Shown here: positions 36,305 to 47,981 of the stretch, piece after piece | Numbering within the stretch: the stretch's first letter is position 1 | How the letters are laid out: each line of letters starts with the position of its first letter | Source: Chlorokybus atmophyticus | Lineage: Eukaryota > Plantae > Mesostigma and Chlorokybus algae | DNA: 64,000 nucleotides | Assembly: GCA_009103225.1 (NCBI GenBank) | Contig: RHPI01002069.1 | Location: forward strand, 2,008,846 to 2,072,845 | Reading direction: 5' to 3' | The notes under the pieces: model-generated | Told to the model about the DNA's origin: nothing | Databases searched by the model: none | What the model saw: the letters and a program-made list of their open reading frames with translations, nothing else | Program-made: the position numbers and the translations under genes

Positions 36305-36449
36305 GTGTGCGGGCGGCGGCGAGGTTAGGAGCGTGCATGTCTCGCTTGAGCGGTGGTATTGATTGTAGTTGCAGTAGTAGTAGTGGTAGTAGTAGTAGTA
36401 CTACTGGTAGGTGTTGACTTGGGCTGGCGAGTGGGGCGTGTTTGTGTGG

Positions 36450-39071
36450 ATGGTGCGGTACGCGCAGCTGGTGATTGGCCCGGCTGGCAGCGGCAAGGTT
36501 AGAAGTATTATATATTTAACAAATTGCAACCATCATATCCTCTTGGTCAAGTTTTGGCTGCTTTACTTTTGTACCTTACAGCGCAAGAGCTTTACTTACT
36601 GTTAGAGAAGAGAAACAGTGCAAGAAACGTCTTGCTTGAGCTGCAGCTTGTACAAAACGTTTGCGCAGTAGCTGGCTCGTGCGTGCAAGGTCGTACTGTA
36701 CTTGTCTGTCTCTTTTTATAGTTTTACTTCAAGTAGGAGCCATTGAGCACAGAACGTCTAGAGTTAGCAAACAAGAAACAAGTAAGGGGTGAAAGAGATC
36801 AGCCGAGAGACTGTTCATAAGAAACACATCAAGTGTCAGGCAGGCGTGAGAGTTTCACTCTCGCGCTCGTTGTAACCACATGTGTCGTTGATGAACACTT
36901 TCTTCTTCGTCGGCAAGTTCGTGTGTGGATTGTGCGCCCAAACCTGACCTGTTTTGCAGCTCTCAGAATGCATTCCCCAACGCACACACTTGTATAACGT
37001 GTTCGCATTCGCAATGCACCAGCTGACAGCATCCCATCACTGATGTTACTCTGTCATGCACGCAGTCTACGTACTGTTCCACCATCCAGAAGCACTGCGC
37101 GAGCGTGGGTCGATCCGCTCACGTCGTCAACCTCGACCCGGCGGCGGAGAACTTCGACTACAACGTCGCGCTCGGTAACACACACACACGCACATGAGCA
37201 CCTTCTCGCACGCCTCGTCTGGAACACGTTTCTCTCCATCCGTGCTCACGTGTGCAACGCGTGTTTGCTACATGTGCGTGCACGTGAATTGTGGGAGAGA
37301 GGCTATGCACTGGATGTGTAGCTTGGGAGTTCAGTCCTGGTTTGGTGTCACTGATGAGGCAATGGAAGCGTATGTACTACCATTGACAGATGTTCGGGAG
37401 CTTGTTTCGCTGGATGATGTCATGGACGAGCTGAAGCTGGGGCCTAATGGCGGGCTGCTGTACTGCATGGAGTAAGCGCTACATAATCATGCATGCAAGC
37501 AAACGTGTGCGTGTGCGTGTGCGTGTGCGTGCGTGCGTGTGTGGGTGGCACGCTTAACAACCGCACCTCTCATCAGGTACCTCGAGGAGAACATGGACGA
37601 GTGGTTGAAAGACGAGTTGGACGAGTACACCGACGACGACTACCTCCTCTTCGACTGCCCCGGTACATCACCACTCTCCCACAACCCAACATATCGCCCT
37701 CCCCCAACTCACTCTCTCTCCCCTCACACAGGCCAGATCGAGCTGTACACGCACGTGCCGGTGCTGCGATCGATCGCGGACGCCCTCGCGAGGTGGGACT
37801 TCAGACTGTGCGTCGTGTACGTCATGGACTCGCAGTTCGTCACTGACGTGGCCAAATACATCTCGGGTGAGGAGTGAGTGTGGGTGCGGGTGTGGGTGTG
37901 GGTGTGGGTGAGGGTGTGGTGTTGCCTCCAGCAATGGCTATGTGGCTGTTTGTGGAACAAGGTGGACGTGAGGTCGTGCATGTGCGCATGTGCGCGTGCA
38001 CGTGTGTGTATGCACGCATGCGTGCGCGTGTGTGTATGCATGTGCGTGCTTGAGCTCGAGTGTATGCGTGTGCAAGCTCGTGCAGCCACCTATTATTATT
38101 CTTGTACGCAGAGGATTGGTATAGTACATGTCGTATCACTTTGTTTAAAAAGCCGTCAGACAACTATAACTGACTGCCACCTACACATCATCAGGTGCCA
38201 TGGCGTGCTTGTCGGCGATGATACAGCTGGAGCTCCCACACGTGAGCGTGCTGAGCAAGATGGACCGCGTGGAGTCCAAGAAGCTCATGCGCAAGCAAGT
38301 CATCGGATACGTTGTCGTTGTCGCTGGTGTGGGTTTTGTTAGTGCGGTTGCAACCAATATACACGCGCAGGTTTTACAAGCCGGATATGAGACTGCTGCT
38401 GGAGGACTTGCACGCCAGCACGGGCCCGCGGTTCGAGCGACTCAACTACTCTGTTGCTACTCTGGTGGGTTAAAATTGATGGTCAGTTGACGTTCGTACG
38501 ATCGCAACACATTGTCTGTATGTAATTGCGCACCCACACGCGCACACCCACACTCATGCGCGCACACGCGAGAATGTATGCATTCATGCAAGGACACATG
38601 TGTACATGCTCACACAAGCTTGGGCGCGTGCGCACATGCACATGTGCGGGCACATGCGCGTGCCGTATTACGCTCATGCCTACATACATGCGTGCGTTTT
38701 CGCAATGGCGCCTCCGTTGCTGGTTGCCTTACTTCGTTTACAATGTGGTGACAGTTGGATGACTACAGCATGGTCAGCTTTCTACCACTCGACATAACAA
38801 GTGAAGACAGGTACGAACACGAACACAATGCCAATCAGCCACACTTTCCAACACCGTTCCAAAAGGAACGTTTCATGCCACAGCACACGCGCATCCTCTC
38901 TTACCGAATCATACTATGTTCATGTATGACAGCATTGCGTACGTGCTGGCGAACGTGGACAACACGATACAGTTTGGCGAGGACGGTGACGTGAATGTCG
39001 GCAGGCTGGACAGGACGCTAGACGCGGATGTCGTTGGCGGGGGCGGCGAGTTCGGCGATGACAACGCGTAG
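36450..39071 (+). CDS. GPN3: GPN-loop GTPase 3
   Basis: [71 protein letters not shown] and [12 protein letters not shown]. Confidence 0.93.
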
Positions 39072-39618
39072 TAGGCTTGAGGGAGGATGAGAGAGTGTGT
39101 GATTGCGAAGGTGTGCGCGTGTGCAAGTGCAAGCTGTCGACGATGTGATGCATAAATGAAGAATAAGGATAGTACGTGTCTTTCAGCAGTTCAGAGTTGT
39201 ATCAGGGCGTTGCCTGTTGTTCACAGGCAAGCAGGAAACTGAACATTGATTCGACGCTCACCCGGCTCGCATGTGTGAAAATGAGCATCATGTAGGTATG
39301 CGCGCAGGCTCACACAAGAAGCAAGACATTACAAGGCAATTGAACAAGGCAGGCGACAAACAGACAGCAGCCAGCAGGTCACACTCTCACTGACTGTCTT
39401 ACGCCCCCAACGAATAAATTGCGTACGACAACAGCACACAAAAACACGCAAATGCAGACAATGTCACTTGTACAAACAATGTACATGTATGTACAAAAGA
39501 TGCAAAGTACAACTATGTATACATACAGTAGTGTTTACCCCATTTACTGTCACTCATGCATGACTATCCAGGCGCAACTACAAACGCATGCCCAACTGCA
39601 ATGGTGAAAAAACCACGC

Positions 39619-39688
39619 ACTGCACTGCACTGCACTGCACTGCACTGCACTGCACTGCACTGCACTGCACTGCACTGCACTGCACTGC
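39619..39688. repeat. (GCACT)n pentamer microsatellite
   Basis: Direct reading. Confidence 0.95.
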
Positions 39689-39789
39689 GCCCCTGCGCAC
39701 AACCACACTCACTGACTCATTCCCACCAACATCCCCAACACCACGCGCATGATCTACCCCCACCCACCCACACCCACACACCCTCGCCA

Positions 39790-41112
39790 TCATCCCGTCT
39801 CCATGTTTCCTCCCATCAACGCCCTCTCCCTCCGCTCCTTCCTCTTCGCGCTCCCCGATTTCCTCTTCGCCTTGTTGATTGCAGGTTGGTGATCGGCATC
39901 GGCGTCTGCGGGCACGATGGCCGCAATGTGGCGGGCGAGCGTGGCGAACGGACTCTCCTGAAACAGCTGGTGGGACATGATGGAGGCCATGTGGGCGGTC
40001 TCGTGGGTCCTGGAGGCGATGAGGCAGGGTGGGGATGTGGGGATGTATGCGTTAAGATGGGGGTATGCGTACGCGTGCGCGGGCGGGGGTGGGGGCGTGT
40101 ATGTGGGCACACGTGCGCGTAGTGGCGCGTGGGTGTGCGCGTGCGTCTATCACATGTGTAGGCATGTCCTTACGCATGGGTGCGCCTGCATCCGCGCATC
40201 TCTGCATGCACGCGCACGCGTGCATGCGCGTGCATGCTTGTATGTGGGTGTGTGCGTGCGTGTGCATGTGCGGCTGCAGCCAGTTACATACCTACATACC
40301 GCGTGTGCACACTTCAATGTATGTGCGCTTGTCTGTATGGACACCCAAACACATGCTGTATTTCGCATATGCACGCACGCACGCCTCTTACAGTATCTTT
40401 GATCGTGTCCTGTTGTGCACGACCCGCTTGCTCGCATCAAAATGCAGCGTCTTGTTCTTATCGCCTCCCTTCCCGGCCAACTCCCCGGCCTCGGGCAGCG
40501 CCTCAGCCAGAGACTGCAAACCCTCGGGGGTGAGACTCTGGAGGCCGGCTCGCCTCTTCTGGCGCTTCTGCAACGCAAAATCACAAAAGCGTGTTGGGGT
40601 CTGTTGTTGTATATGCTGGATATGTTGGGGGTTTTGACACTGGTGTGGGTGTACACATGCGCGCAGGCATGTATACGCCCACACCAGTGTGTGTGTATAT
40701 GTGCGCATGCGTGCAAGTGCACGTCACTACCAAGCAGTCACTGGGCTCACCTTTTGGAGTGAGGCTGAGATGAAGCTGCGCTTTGTTGTCAGGTGCAGCT
40801 CTGCAGGCAAAGGGAGGCAGAATGTGCAAGCAGTCACAACATACTGCGTTGTGCTTTGTAGCAGACACAGCAAGGAGACACACGATTCACGCACTCTCGT
40901 GAAGCCGAGCGCTGCGCGAAGTGCGCTTCTCCTCTTTCGACACCGCGGCAGCCGCTTTGGCTGCGGATGAGGCAAAATGACAACGAAAAGGAGAGCTTAG
41001 CGACCGTTGACGAACACAACGAAAACACGAGAAAAGATAACGATAAATGTCAAACGAGTAATGGAACAGCGAGAGAGAACATTTTACCTCTTTTGCCAGC
41101 GCGGCCGACCAT
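39790..41112 (-). CDS. SLX9: Ribosome biogenesis factor SLX9/FAM207A-like small basic protein
   Basis: A phase-consistent five-exon model gives MVGRAGKR-AKAAAAVSKEEKR...-KRQKRR...LQSLAEALPE...-HETAHMASIMSHQLFQESPFATLARHI. This resembles the SLX9 C-terminal HPxFxxxPxxxIxxH motif. Confidence 0.65.
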
Positions 41113-41244
41113 TTTGGCAGGCAGCTGTTTAAAAGCTGAAGATAACCTAGTCGGCGAGCATTTCTGCTAACAAACAAGGGAAATGCTAAGTGAACAAACA
41201 AATATTCAATCAAGTACAGAAAGAGCACGTGCTCGCAAGAACTC

Positions 41245-41295
41245 TTGTTGTGAACAACAACACTTCTTCTCAAGAAGTGTTGTTGTTCACAACAA
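41245..41295. repeat. Perfect inverted repeat: 24-bp stem, 3-nt loop
   Basis: TTGTTGTGAACAACAACACTTCTT-CTC-AAGAAGTGTTGTTGTTCACAACAA. Confidence 0.95.
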
Positions 41296-42460
41296 CGAGC
41301 ATGTTAAACGAACAATTCACAAACAAGTACGTGAGGGGAGACAATAACTGCCTTGTATGCATTGCGACTGTTGTTCACTGCTTCGCTGCAGGTTGCGTTC
41401 AGCTTGTAATACCTGCCGCAAATTATGTATAAGCTCCCAGCCCTCAAAGTGACAGCCTGAACACAGCCTTCAGCCGTTGGGCAAGACACACAAGTGGCAA
41501 AAGGCAGTCACCAGTGAACTACGCCTCTATGCCTGTGGCCACGTCAGTGCCAGCCACCGCTGTCGCCGCCGCTGTCGCTACCGCTGTTGCCGGATGAGAA
41601 AGAGCGAGATAGGGTGCAGGGGGAGAGAGACGTAGTGACAGACAGCTCCGGGGCACCCTACTGACGGCGGCGGCGACGACGGCAACGGCGGCGATAGTGG
41701 ACCAGCCTGCCCCTCTTATAAACGGCAACAATCTGCGGTGATATAAGCATATTATGAGGGTATCACCCGCGGTATAGCCAACACTTTTGTTGGCCCAACA
41801 GCAACTTTCTTGTACCAGTACAATTACCTACGGTAGGTGTCCTCAACAAACCATGTAGCCAGTTGGTCACGATTTGCAATGGTTTACTCGGAGATGTGTC
41901 GTGAACAACGGAGCCAATGGAGCCAATGGAGCTGTTGTACAATTGAAACAAAGCCTTACATGTTTACGTCAATCATATAATACGCTGCAATACAGAATAT
42001 ACAGATGTCGGCATGCATTATTGTATTCGCTACAATATATTCATAATGCATGTGTTGCCGTAGCTTTAACAAATTTGAAACTAGCGGTGCGGCTGATTGG
42101 GCGCGAGGCGGGCGGCCATCACCAGTGAGTCACCACACAAGAATTATCAGTACAATCCGTCAGTGCCGGCTGAGGCCTGCCACACGCCATGTCACCGCTA
42201 CAACCGGCATCCAAGGAGCGACGGACGCAAATATCGCGACATTGCAGCACAGCATATGACGTCACTTAATAAAATACCGTTGGATGTGCCAGCATACGGC
42301 ATCATATGTCGCAATATGCTTAACAGCGTATGTTGGATATCACACATATGGTATCCTGCGTGCAATGCGCTTCACTTCGGGTCACCCAAAAATGATATTC
42401 GATTCCGTCATATTGACCGAGGTTATTTATCACATTTTAACTAAACTTTGTCAACAAAGA

Positions 42461-42607
42461 ACTCAGGACATGCCATGCGACATCGCACCATACCATTCCA
42501 TATCAGACCATATGTTGTCATAGCCATCAATATGCCGGCATATGATGTCATATGACGTGATATGGCGCTGCGTCGCTGGACATCGTGAGTTCCCTATGCA
42601 ACATGTT
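42461..42607 (+). repeat. Left arm of a ~150-bp inverted repeat (partner 45021-45177)
   Basis: Aligns to the reverse complement of 45021-45177, with identical blocks ATCAATATGCCGGCATATGATGTCATATG (29 bp) and CTGGACATCGTGAGTTCCCT (20 bp). Confidence 0.9.
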
Positions 42608-43593
42608 AGCAGAGTTCAAGTCAGACTGTGGTTCGTGCGTAATGTGTTCTGCGTACGATGGGATATCATACGCGCCCGAGCAATATGGTCGATGACTACC
42701 ACGGCCCGGAAACCAAGTCGCATGCAAGCTCTTAGACGGCAGCAACGCTAAGATTGTCGAGCTTATCGGCCGCGTTGTTTCGTTTGTGCATTGCGTCGTC
42801 TTTTTTCTCAGGTCCATAGCGGGTTTTCGGCGTGTTGCCACCCTCAAAAATTACTTCGTCCGTTGCATTTACGGCAACAACCTCACAGGCATACACAAAG
42901 GCTGGATTGCCAGAGTGGGAGTGCAAAACTTCAGGTCTCACCTTACTAGCGGTATTCACAAGGACGCCTTCAATGCATTAACACGCCAACAGCAAGACGA
43001 CTTGCTGAAGTACTGGTTGGATCTGATGAGTCCTGCATGGTGGCATGCATTGTTGTGCATGGGTTTGAATAGCAAACTGTTCCATAGCTTGGAATTTTAA
43101 CAATGCGCAATGTCACTGTCGATGTACTTTGAGTGCATGTTGCTGTCTGCATGATGGCACATTGGACGGACTTATGTGGGATTTTAATCATGTTATGTAC
43201 TTGTTGCCACTTGGGGTCGGGCTGCAGTGGCACGACACAACTTCAATCCTACGGTGGGTGCCTTCATGCCAGTTGCTAAAACGTGGCCTTTGCAGCAAAC
43301 AAACCCCCTGCCACCGTCGCTACATGATGTTCTGCACCCTGTTGAAATCTTATACGATCCTAACCTCATCGAAGACACCAATGCCAGTGCCTTGACGGTG
43401 CCAACAGGTACATGATTGCTTCATGGTGACAATAACAGTTTTCATTCAGTGCATGTATCCCAACAGGTTCTCGTGTGACCGTCTAAGCGCCGCAGGAACT
43501 TGTCTATGGCGCCTGATACTCCCACCACGTCTCATGTCACTGACGTTAAAACAGGTGATCAATGTCATCGTTGCAGAGGTTCCAACCTGATCC

Positions 43594-44830
43594 GTGAACT
43601 ATATGAACGCAGAGGAAGCAATGCCACGGTTGCCAACTCACCAATTTACACCTGAGCTTATGCGTGCTGCTATCGACACCTTCAGTGGCCACCTGTCTCG
43701 TGAAGTACAAAACGACGTTCGTCTACAAAACGAAAGTAAGGGAAATTGTGCCATTGTTTTGACACACATCACTGATGGCATTGTTGGCATTTTTCAAACT
43801 AGTTGACGAGAACACAGTCCTTCGCGAGCGTAACCTGAAGCAAGCAAAGCAGCTACGCCAAAACCAGACACAGCCTGATCCCCAGATCGCTGCAAAGCTG
43901 TTGAAAATGACCAGTGAACTCAATGGTCTGCATGCAGGCCATGCTGCTGCAGAACAACGCTCTGCTGACCTGGAGCGTGCATTACACAAAGAGCGTGCTG
44001 AGCACGTTAAAATGACAGAAAGCGTCAAAAAGGCAGACGCAGCAAGCATCGTGGGTTTACGCAAGCAGCTGACAGAAGCTTAGCGCAGGGCCACACAGTT
44101 GCAGCTACACAATGAGCGTAATGATGCAAAATTGGCGCGTCTGCAATGCCAGACTGGAGAAGCCAACCAGCCAATTGCTGCACAAAAAAAAAGGTGTGTG
44201 TTCCTGCACTGTTAGAGTTTCCAGCAACTGACTTGCTGTTGTAGATCTCAGAGTTGACAAGCGTCCTACGTCTTCAAATGGCAAACTGGCGATTTCGTGA
44301 GCGCGTTGAACCCAATGGCGTGCATTTCGAGAGCTTCCAGCAGGAACTGAAAGTCATTAGAAAGGAGTTGGACAGCTTGGCAAAATACATGTTGAAAGAG
44401 ATCGACCTTGACGGACAGGAACTGAACAATGACAATTATGACAATTATCAACAAATGCAACACTTTGGTGTTTACTGCTTGGTGTACCAGATATCGCTCC
44501 TCAATCGCAGAGATGTTAAAAGGCAACTGCAACTATACTAAACACTCTGGGAGAAGCTTTATACCTATGTCTGCACAATTGCCCCGTTGCTGCGTGCAAC
44601 CAGCAACAATTGAAGAAAGAAATGCAACAACATGTGCGCCAGGACTACAAGGGCAAGCGCGTGGTAGACAGTGAAGATAACACATGCGGGATCTGCTGCG
44701 AGCAAAAACCAATGGAAGCGTTGTTCCCAATGCCATGTTGCGGAGCTACACTGTACCGTCAGTGCTTGAAGAAGCTGCGCACATGATCTCACCCTCAAGT
44801 TGAGTGTCCTTTTTGCCGCCGCTTACAACT
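43594..44830 (+). pseudogene. Coiled-coil + C-terminal RING-finger gene fragment carried inside the Helitron-like element
   Basis: Coiled-coil-like ORFs at 43775-44083 and 44254-44541 precede CGICCEQKPMEALFPMPCCGATLYRQCLKKLRT*SHPQVECPFCRR (44685-44820). One RING Cys position reads Tyr and there is one in-frame stop. Confidence 0.65.
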
Positions 44831-45020
44831 TATTTTTATTTTTATGCAGCGCCCACCACGTGGTGCAGAGCTCCCCGATGTCCCTGTATATGAACTGAGC
44901 AGCAGTGACGATGATGAGGATGTTGATACACACAATACCGGTGCTGCTGGCGCTGGGCATTCGCAGCCACCCCCCCTTAAGTAGACCTGTACTTCATTGG
45001 ACCCGTTTTGCCCTTGTGTT

Positions 45021-45177
45021 AACATGACGCACAGGGAACTCACGATGTCCAGTGACGTCGCGCGCCATTCTGCCATATCATGCCATATGACATCATATGC
45101 CGGCATATTGATCGCTGTGACACCATATAGTATGATATGAAATGCTATGGTGCAATGTCGCATGACATGTCGTGAGT
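45021..45177 (-). repeat. Right arm of the ~150-bp inverted repeat
   Basis: Reverse complement of 42461-42607 with a small insertion. Confidence 0.9.
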
Positions 45178-45225
45178 ATCTTGCATACGTAGCATACGTG
45201 CATCTATGAAGTTACACCAACACAG

Positions 45226-45678
45226 TTACACCACCAATATGCACCCACCTGTATCATATCGACACCAAAGCATGGTGTCGCACAAACTGTCCGACACACA
45301 TGGTAACCTATACAAACAATAGCCAGTTTCACTCTGTTTTCTTTTTTTATTGCCAAAACCGCTACCACTACGTCGGCGCGCCCGAAATGCTTTGAACCTT
45401 GCTGGGTTGCCTTCATCCATATTGTAACCTTTGCACCCTCAAGAGTTGTATTGGGCGATATACCTAGCTCTCAACCAATCTATTCGCGCCTTGCAATGTC
45501 CTTCATCTAAAACTTCCAACTGCACTTGCTCTTCAAAAGGTTTACTGCTATCTAAGTCAGGCAACATTGTCTTGGGCGGGTGTCTACGATGTTCCTTATA
45601 ACGTCGACCTAGGTGGCTACTCTGACCGATATATACTTTCTGTGTTGCCACATGCGTCAACTTGTAGATAAACTTCAC
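45226..45678 (-). pseudogene. GIY-YIG endonuclease domain with one in-frame TGA
   Basis: KFIYKLTHVATQKVYIGQSSHLGRRYKEH...YIAQYNS*GCKGYN shows the GIY/YIG hairpin, the conserved Arg-His and the terminal GYN. The expected catalytic Glu reads as Arg here. Confidence 0.8.
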
Positions 45679-45689
45679 ACCTGTGTTTA

Positions 45690-47190
45690 TGGGTTGCGCA
45701 CGCTTTTTGAGGTACGTGCAGAGGCCCTGATGTTGGTGTTGGCATTCATGTTTCTTGCTGCCAAGGATCGCAGGATCATCTGGACCTCATCGCTTACCTG
45801 CAAAGAACTGAAATGTTACCATGAATGCTGCAGTACACATCCGAGATTGATGTCGTGATTGAATATGGTGACATATATGCGTAGCGAAGTAGAGGCAAGG
45901 AAACATACAACGGGTAAAGGATAAGAAGCAAGGGAGCCAATGCAAAAACAGAAGTGTAACAAAAGATGGAGTGACTGCATGGGTTCTGGCTTAATGTGCC
46001 CATTGTTGTTGGAACTCTGCTACACAACCATAGCATTCTCATGTCATCGCGACTAATCTTGGCAAGCACAGTAATCCCATCATTAACTTGGATAACAACA
46101 CACCTCATTGGCAGCAACATTTGCTACTGGAGTTTCCCTTAGGTGCTTTGTTGATCTGCTCAATAATTTTTTATGCCTTTCCTTGCGACATGAAACGCGC
46201 TGTCTCCTAGTTGCAAACTTTGCGAACGTGCACCAGCTCGAACACCTGTGAAACATCTTTTAACTACAGGTATTGGCCAATGACCAAGTGTCACATTGAT
46301 ACATACCTGATTAGCGTAAATTGGCTGTGCATTATCAGGAAGATCTGGGTTGTCCTTGCGCATCAGAGTGTCCCACAGCTTGTAAGCTACTTGGCGCTCC
46401 AGATCATCAGAACTATCGATGCCGAGCTTTCTGAGGTAGTAGATGCATGTTCCTGCACATACTTGCATCAGTTAACACATGCACCACAGTGTGTAGGTGT
46501 ACATTTACCGCTTCTCAACAGTTGCAATGGAGTCCCCGTCGTTTATGCGAAATTCTTGAGCTATCTCTTTGGCAGGGCGAATTACCTTATCGGCCTCTGG
46601 CTTGGTGAATAGCCCCTCAAGCTTGTTGGGAGTGATTCCTGCTGAGTCACATGCTACCAGTTGTTTCGCTGTCAGCGGACAACCAGACGCATCACCTCCA
46701 GAGCTACTGGTATGTGGACGCTTAGAGCCATGTTCGTCATTGAGAATTTGAGCGTGGAGCCTCTCGAACACGTCTTTTCCGTCAAAGTCCATGCTGTCAA
46801 CCAGGTGCATTGTCAATGTAACGCTCTCCAACATGTTGACTCACAGAGTTCGAAATTAAACAGAGGCAAATTGAGCCACATTGTTACCTGTGTCTAGCTC
46901 AGATAGCAATTTCCGACGATGGGCATGTGTCTGAGGCAGGTGATGCGACAGGCATGTATGCACGGTGCCCTGCAACTTGACGTTTCAACTGGTGTACATT
47001 TATAGCAGCGTTAGATATATTGCCAATGTATATCTGCGTGGCAAGGAAAAGGGTCTGCATCGGCAGAACACCACGTGCTAAGCCATGTCGCGATGCGATT
47101 AGTGAGAAGAGATGATGGGATGGAGGAGATGATTGCATACAAAGCATGGTTGGATGACGGGTGATACGGCAATCAATTGAATGTGCCATG
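45690..47190 (-). pseudogene. Unidentified, probably spliced gene between RepHel and GIY-YIG
   Basis: Non-repetitive ORF segments at 46505-46834 and 46160-46468 are bounded by plausible GT/AG sites. No family was recognised. Confidence 0.35.
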
Positions 47191-47260
47191 TTATCAAACC
47201 GTTTAATGTGTATAGTGTGGTCATGAGATGCAGTTCATGTTACGCGACACTGTTTAATAT

Positions 47261-47950
47261 TGTCGAACATGGAACCATATAACGCAATGTTGTGCAACAT
47301 TGTTGAAACATCATGCGATATGCGTTGATATGAAACAATGTTGCGCAACATCGTACCATATCGCCTAAAGCAATACCGTCCAACTTGGAACCATGTAGTG
47401 CAATGTTGTGCAACATCGATCACACATGCTCAAACATCTGCGATATGCGTCGATATCAAACAACATTGTGTTGAAGGACTAGCATGCACATGTAGTTGAG
47501 GCAAGCATAGACACACAGAGACAGAGCTACCGCCACCAGAGCATACACAAGTCACATCACATTCATCTATTACAAGTTGTCCGCTGGTTCTTATACCAGC
47601 CAGTTACACACACGTCTACGTTTGCAAGCACTGCGTAAGCTATACTCAGCCTTTTGACGCGCTCTAAGCTGTGTTGTCTTCCTTACAACCAGAGCTTTCC
47701 AACAAGCTCTTACACGCCTAATATGAGTAAGTATACGCGGAGATACGAAGCAGTTAGTAAGGCTCCAGTCTGGAGTCCGGAGTCTGGTCCGACGACGCCA
47801 TCTTGCTAAGTCCGGACCTAGTGCTCATCCTTACGACCTTCTACTCATGTGTGGAGGGTCGATGCTGATCGTATGTAGGAATGACTCTCAACACGTTGCG
47901 CAACATCGTATCATATGGCGAAATGATGCAACATATGTCACACCATTGCG
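47261..47950. repeat. Two degenerate ~120-bp tandem units (GGAACCAT...GCAATGTTGTGCAACAT...GCGCAACATCGTA), the second interrupted by a solo LTR
   Basis: Units start at ~47271 and ~47386. The second resumes at 47894 after the LTR. Confidence 0.75.
47469..47893 (-). mobile_element. Solo LTR (425 bp) related to the Copia-A LTR
   Basis: Termini TGTTG...CAACA, flanks CATTG / CGTTG (5-bp TSD, 1 mismatch). The reverse complement shares blocks with LTR-A (GACTTAGCAAGA, AAAGCTCTGGTTGT, GGCTGAGTATAGC, GTAGACGTGTGT). Confidence 0.88.
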
Positions 47951-47981
47951 CAACACTAACTGGACTTATCGGTTATCAACG

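Noticed and set aside
42461-45177. Independent cut-and-paste TIR transposon
   Set aside because: There is no TSD outside the arms and no DDE transposase motifs inside.
42600-47200. Fanzor/TnpB or APE nuclease cargo
   Set aside because: No RuvC motifs, CxxC..CxxC/DRDxNA tail or APE motifs were found in any frame I could read.
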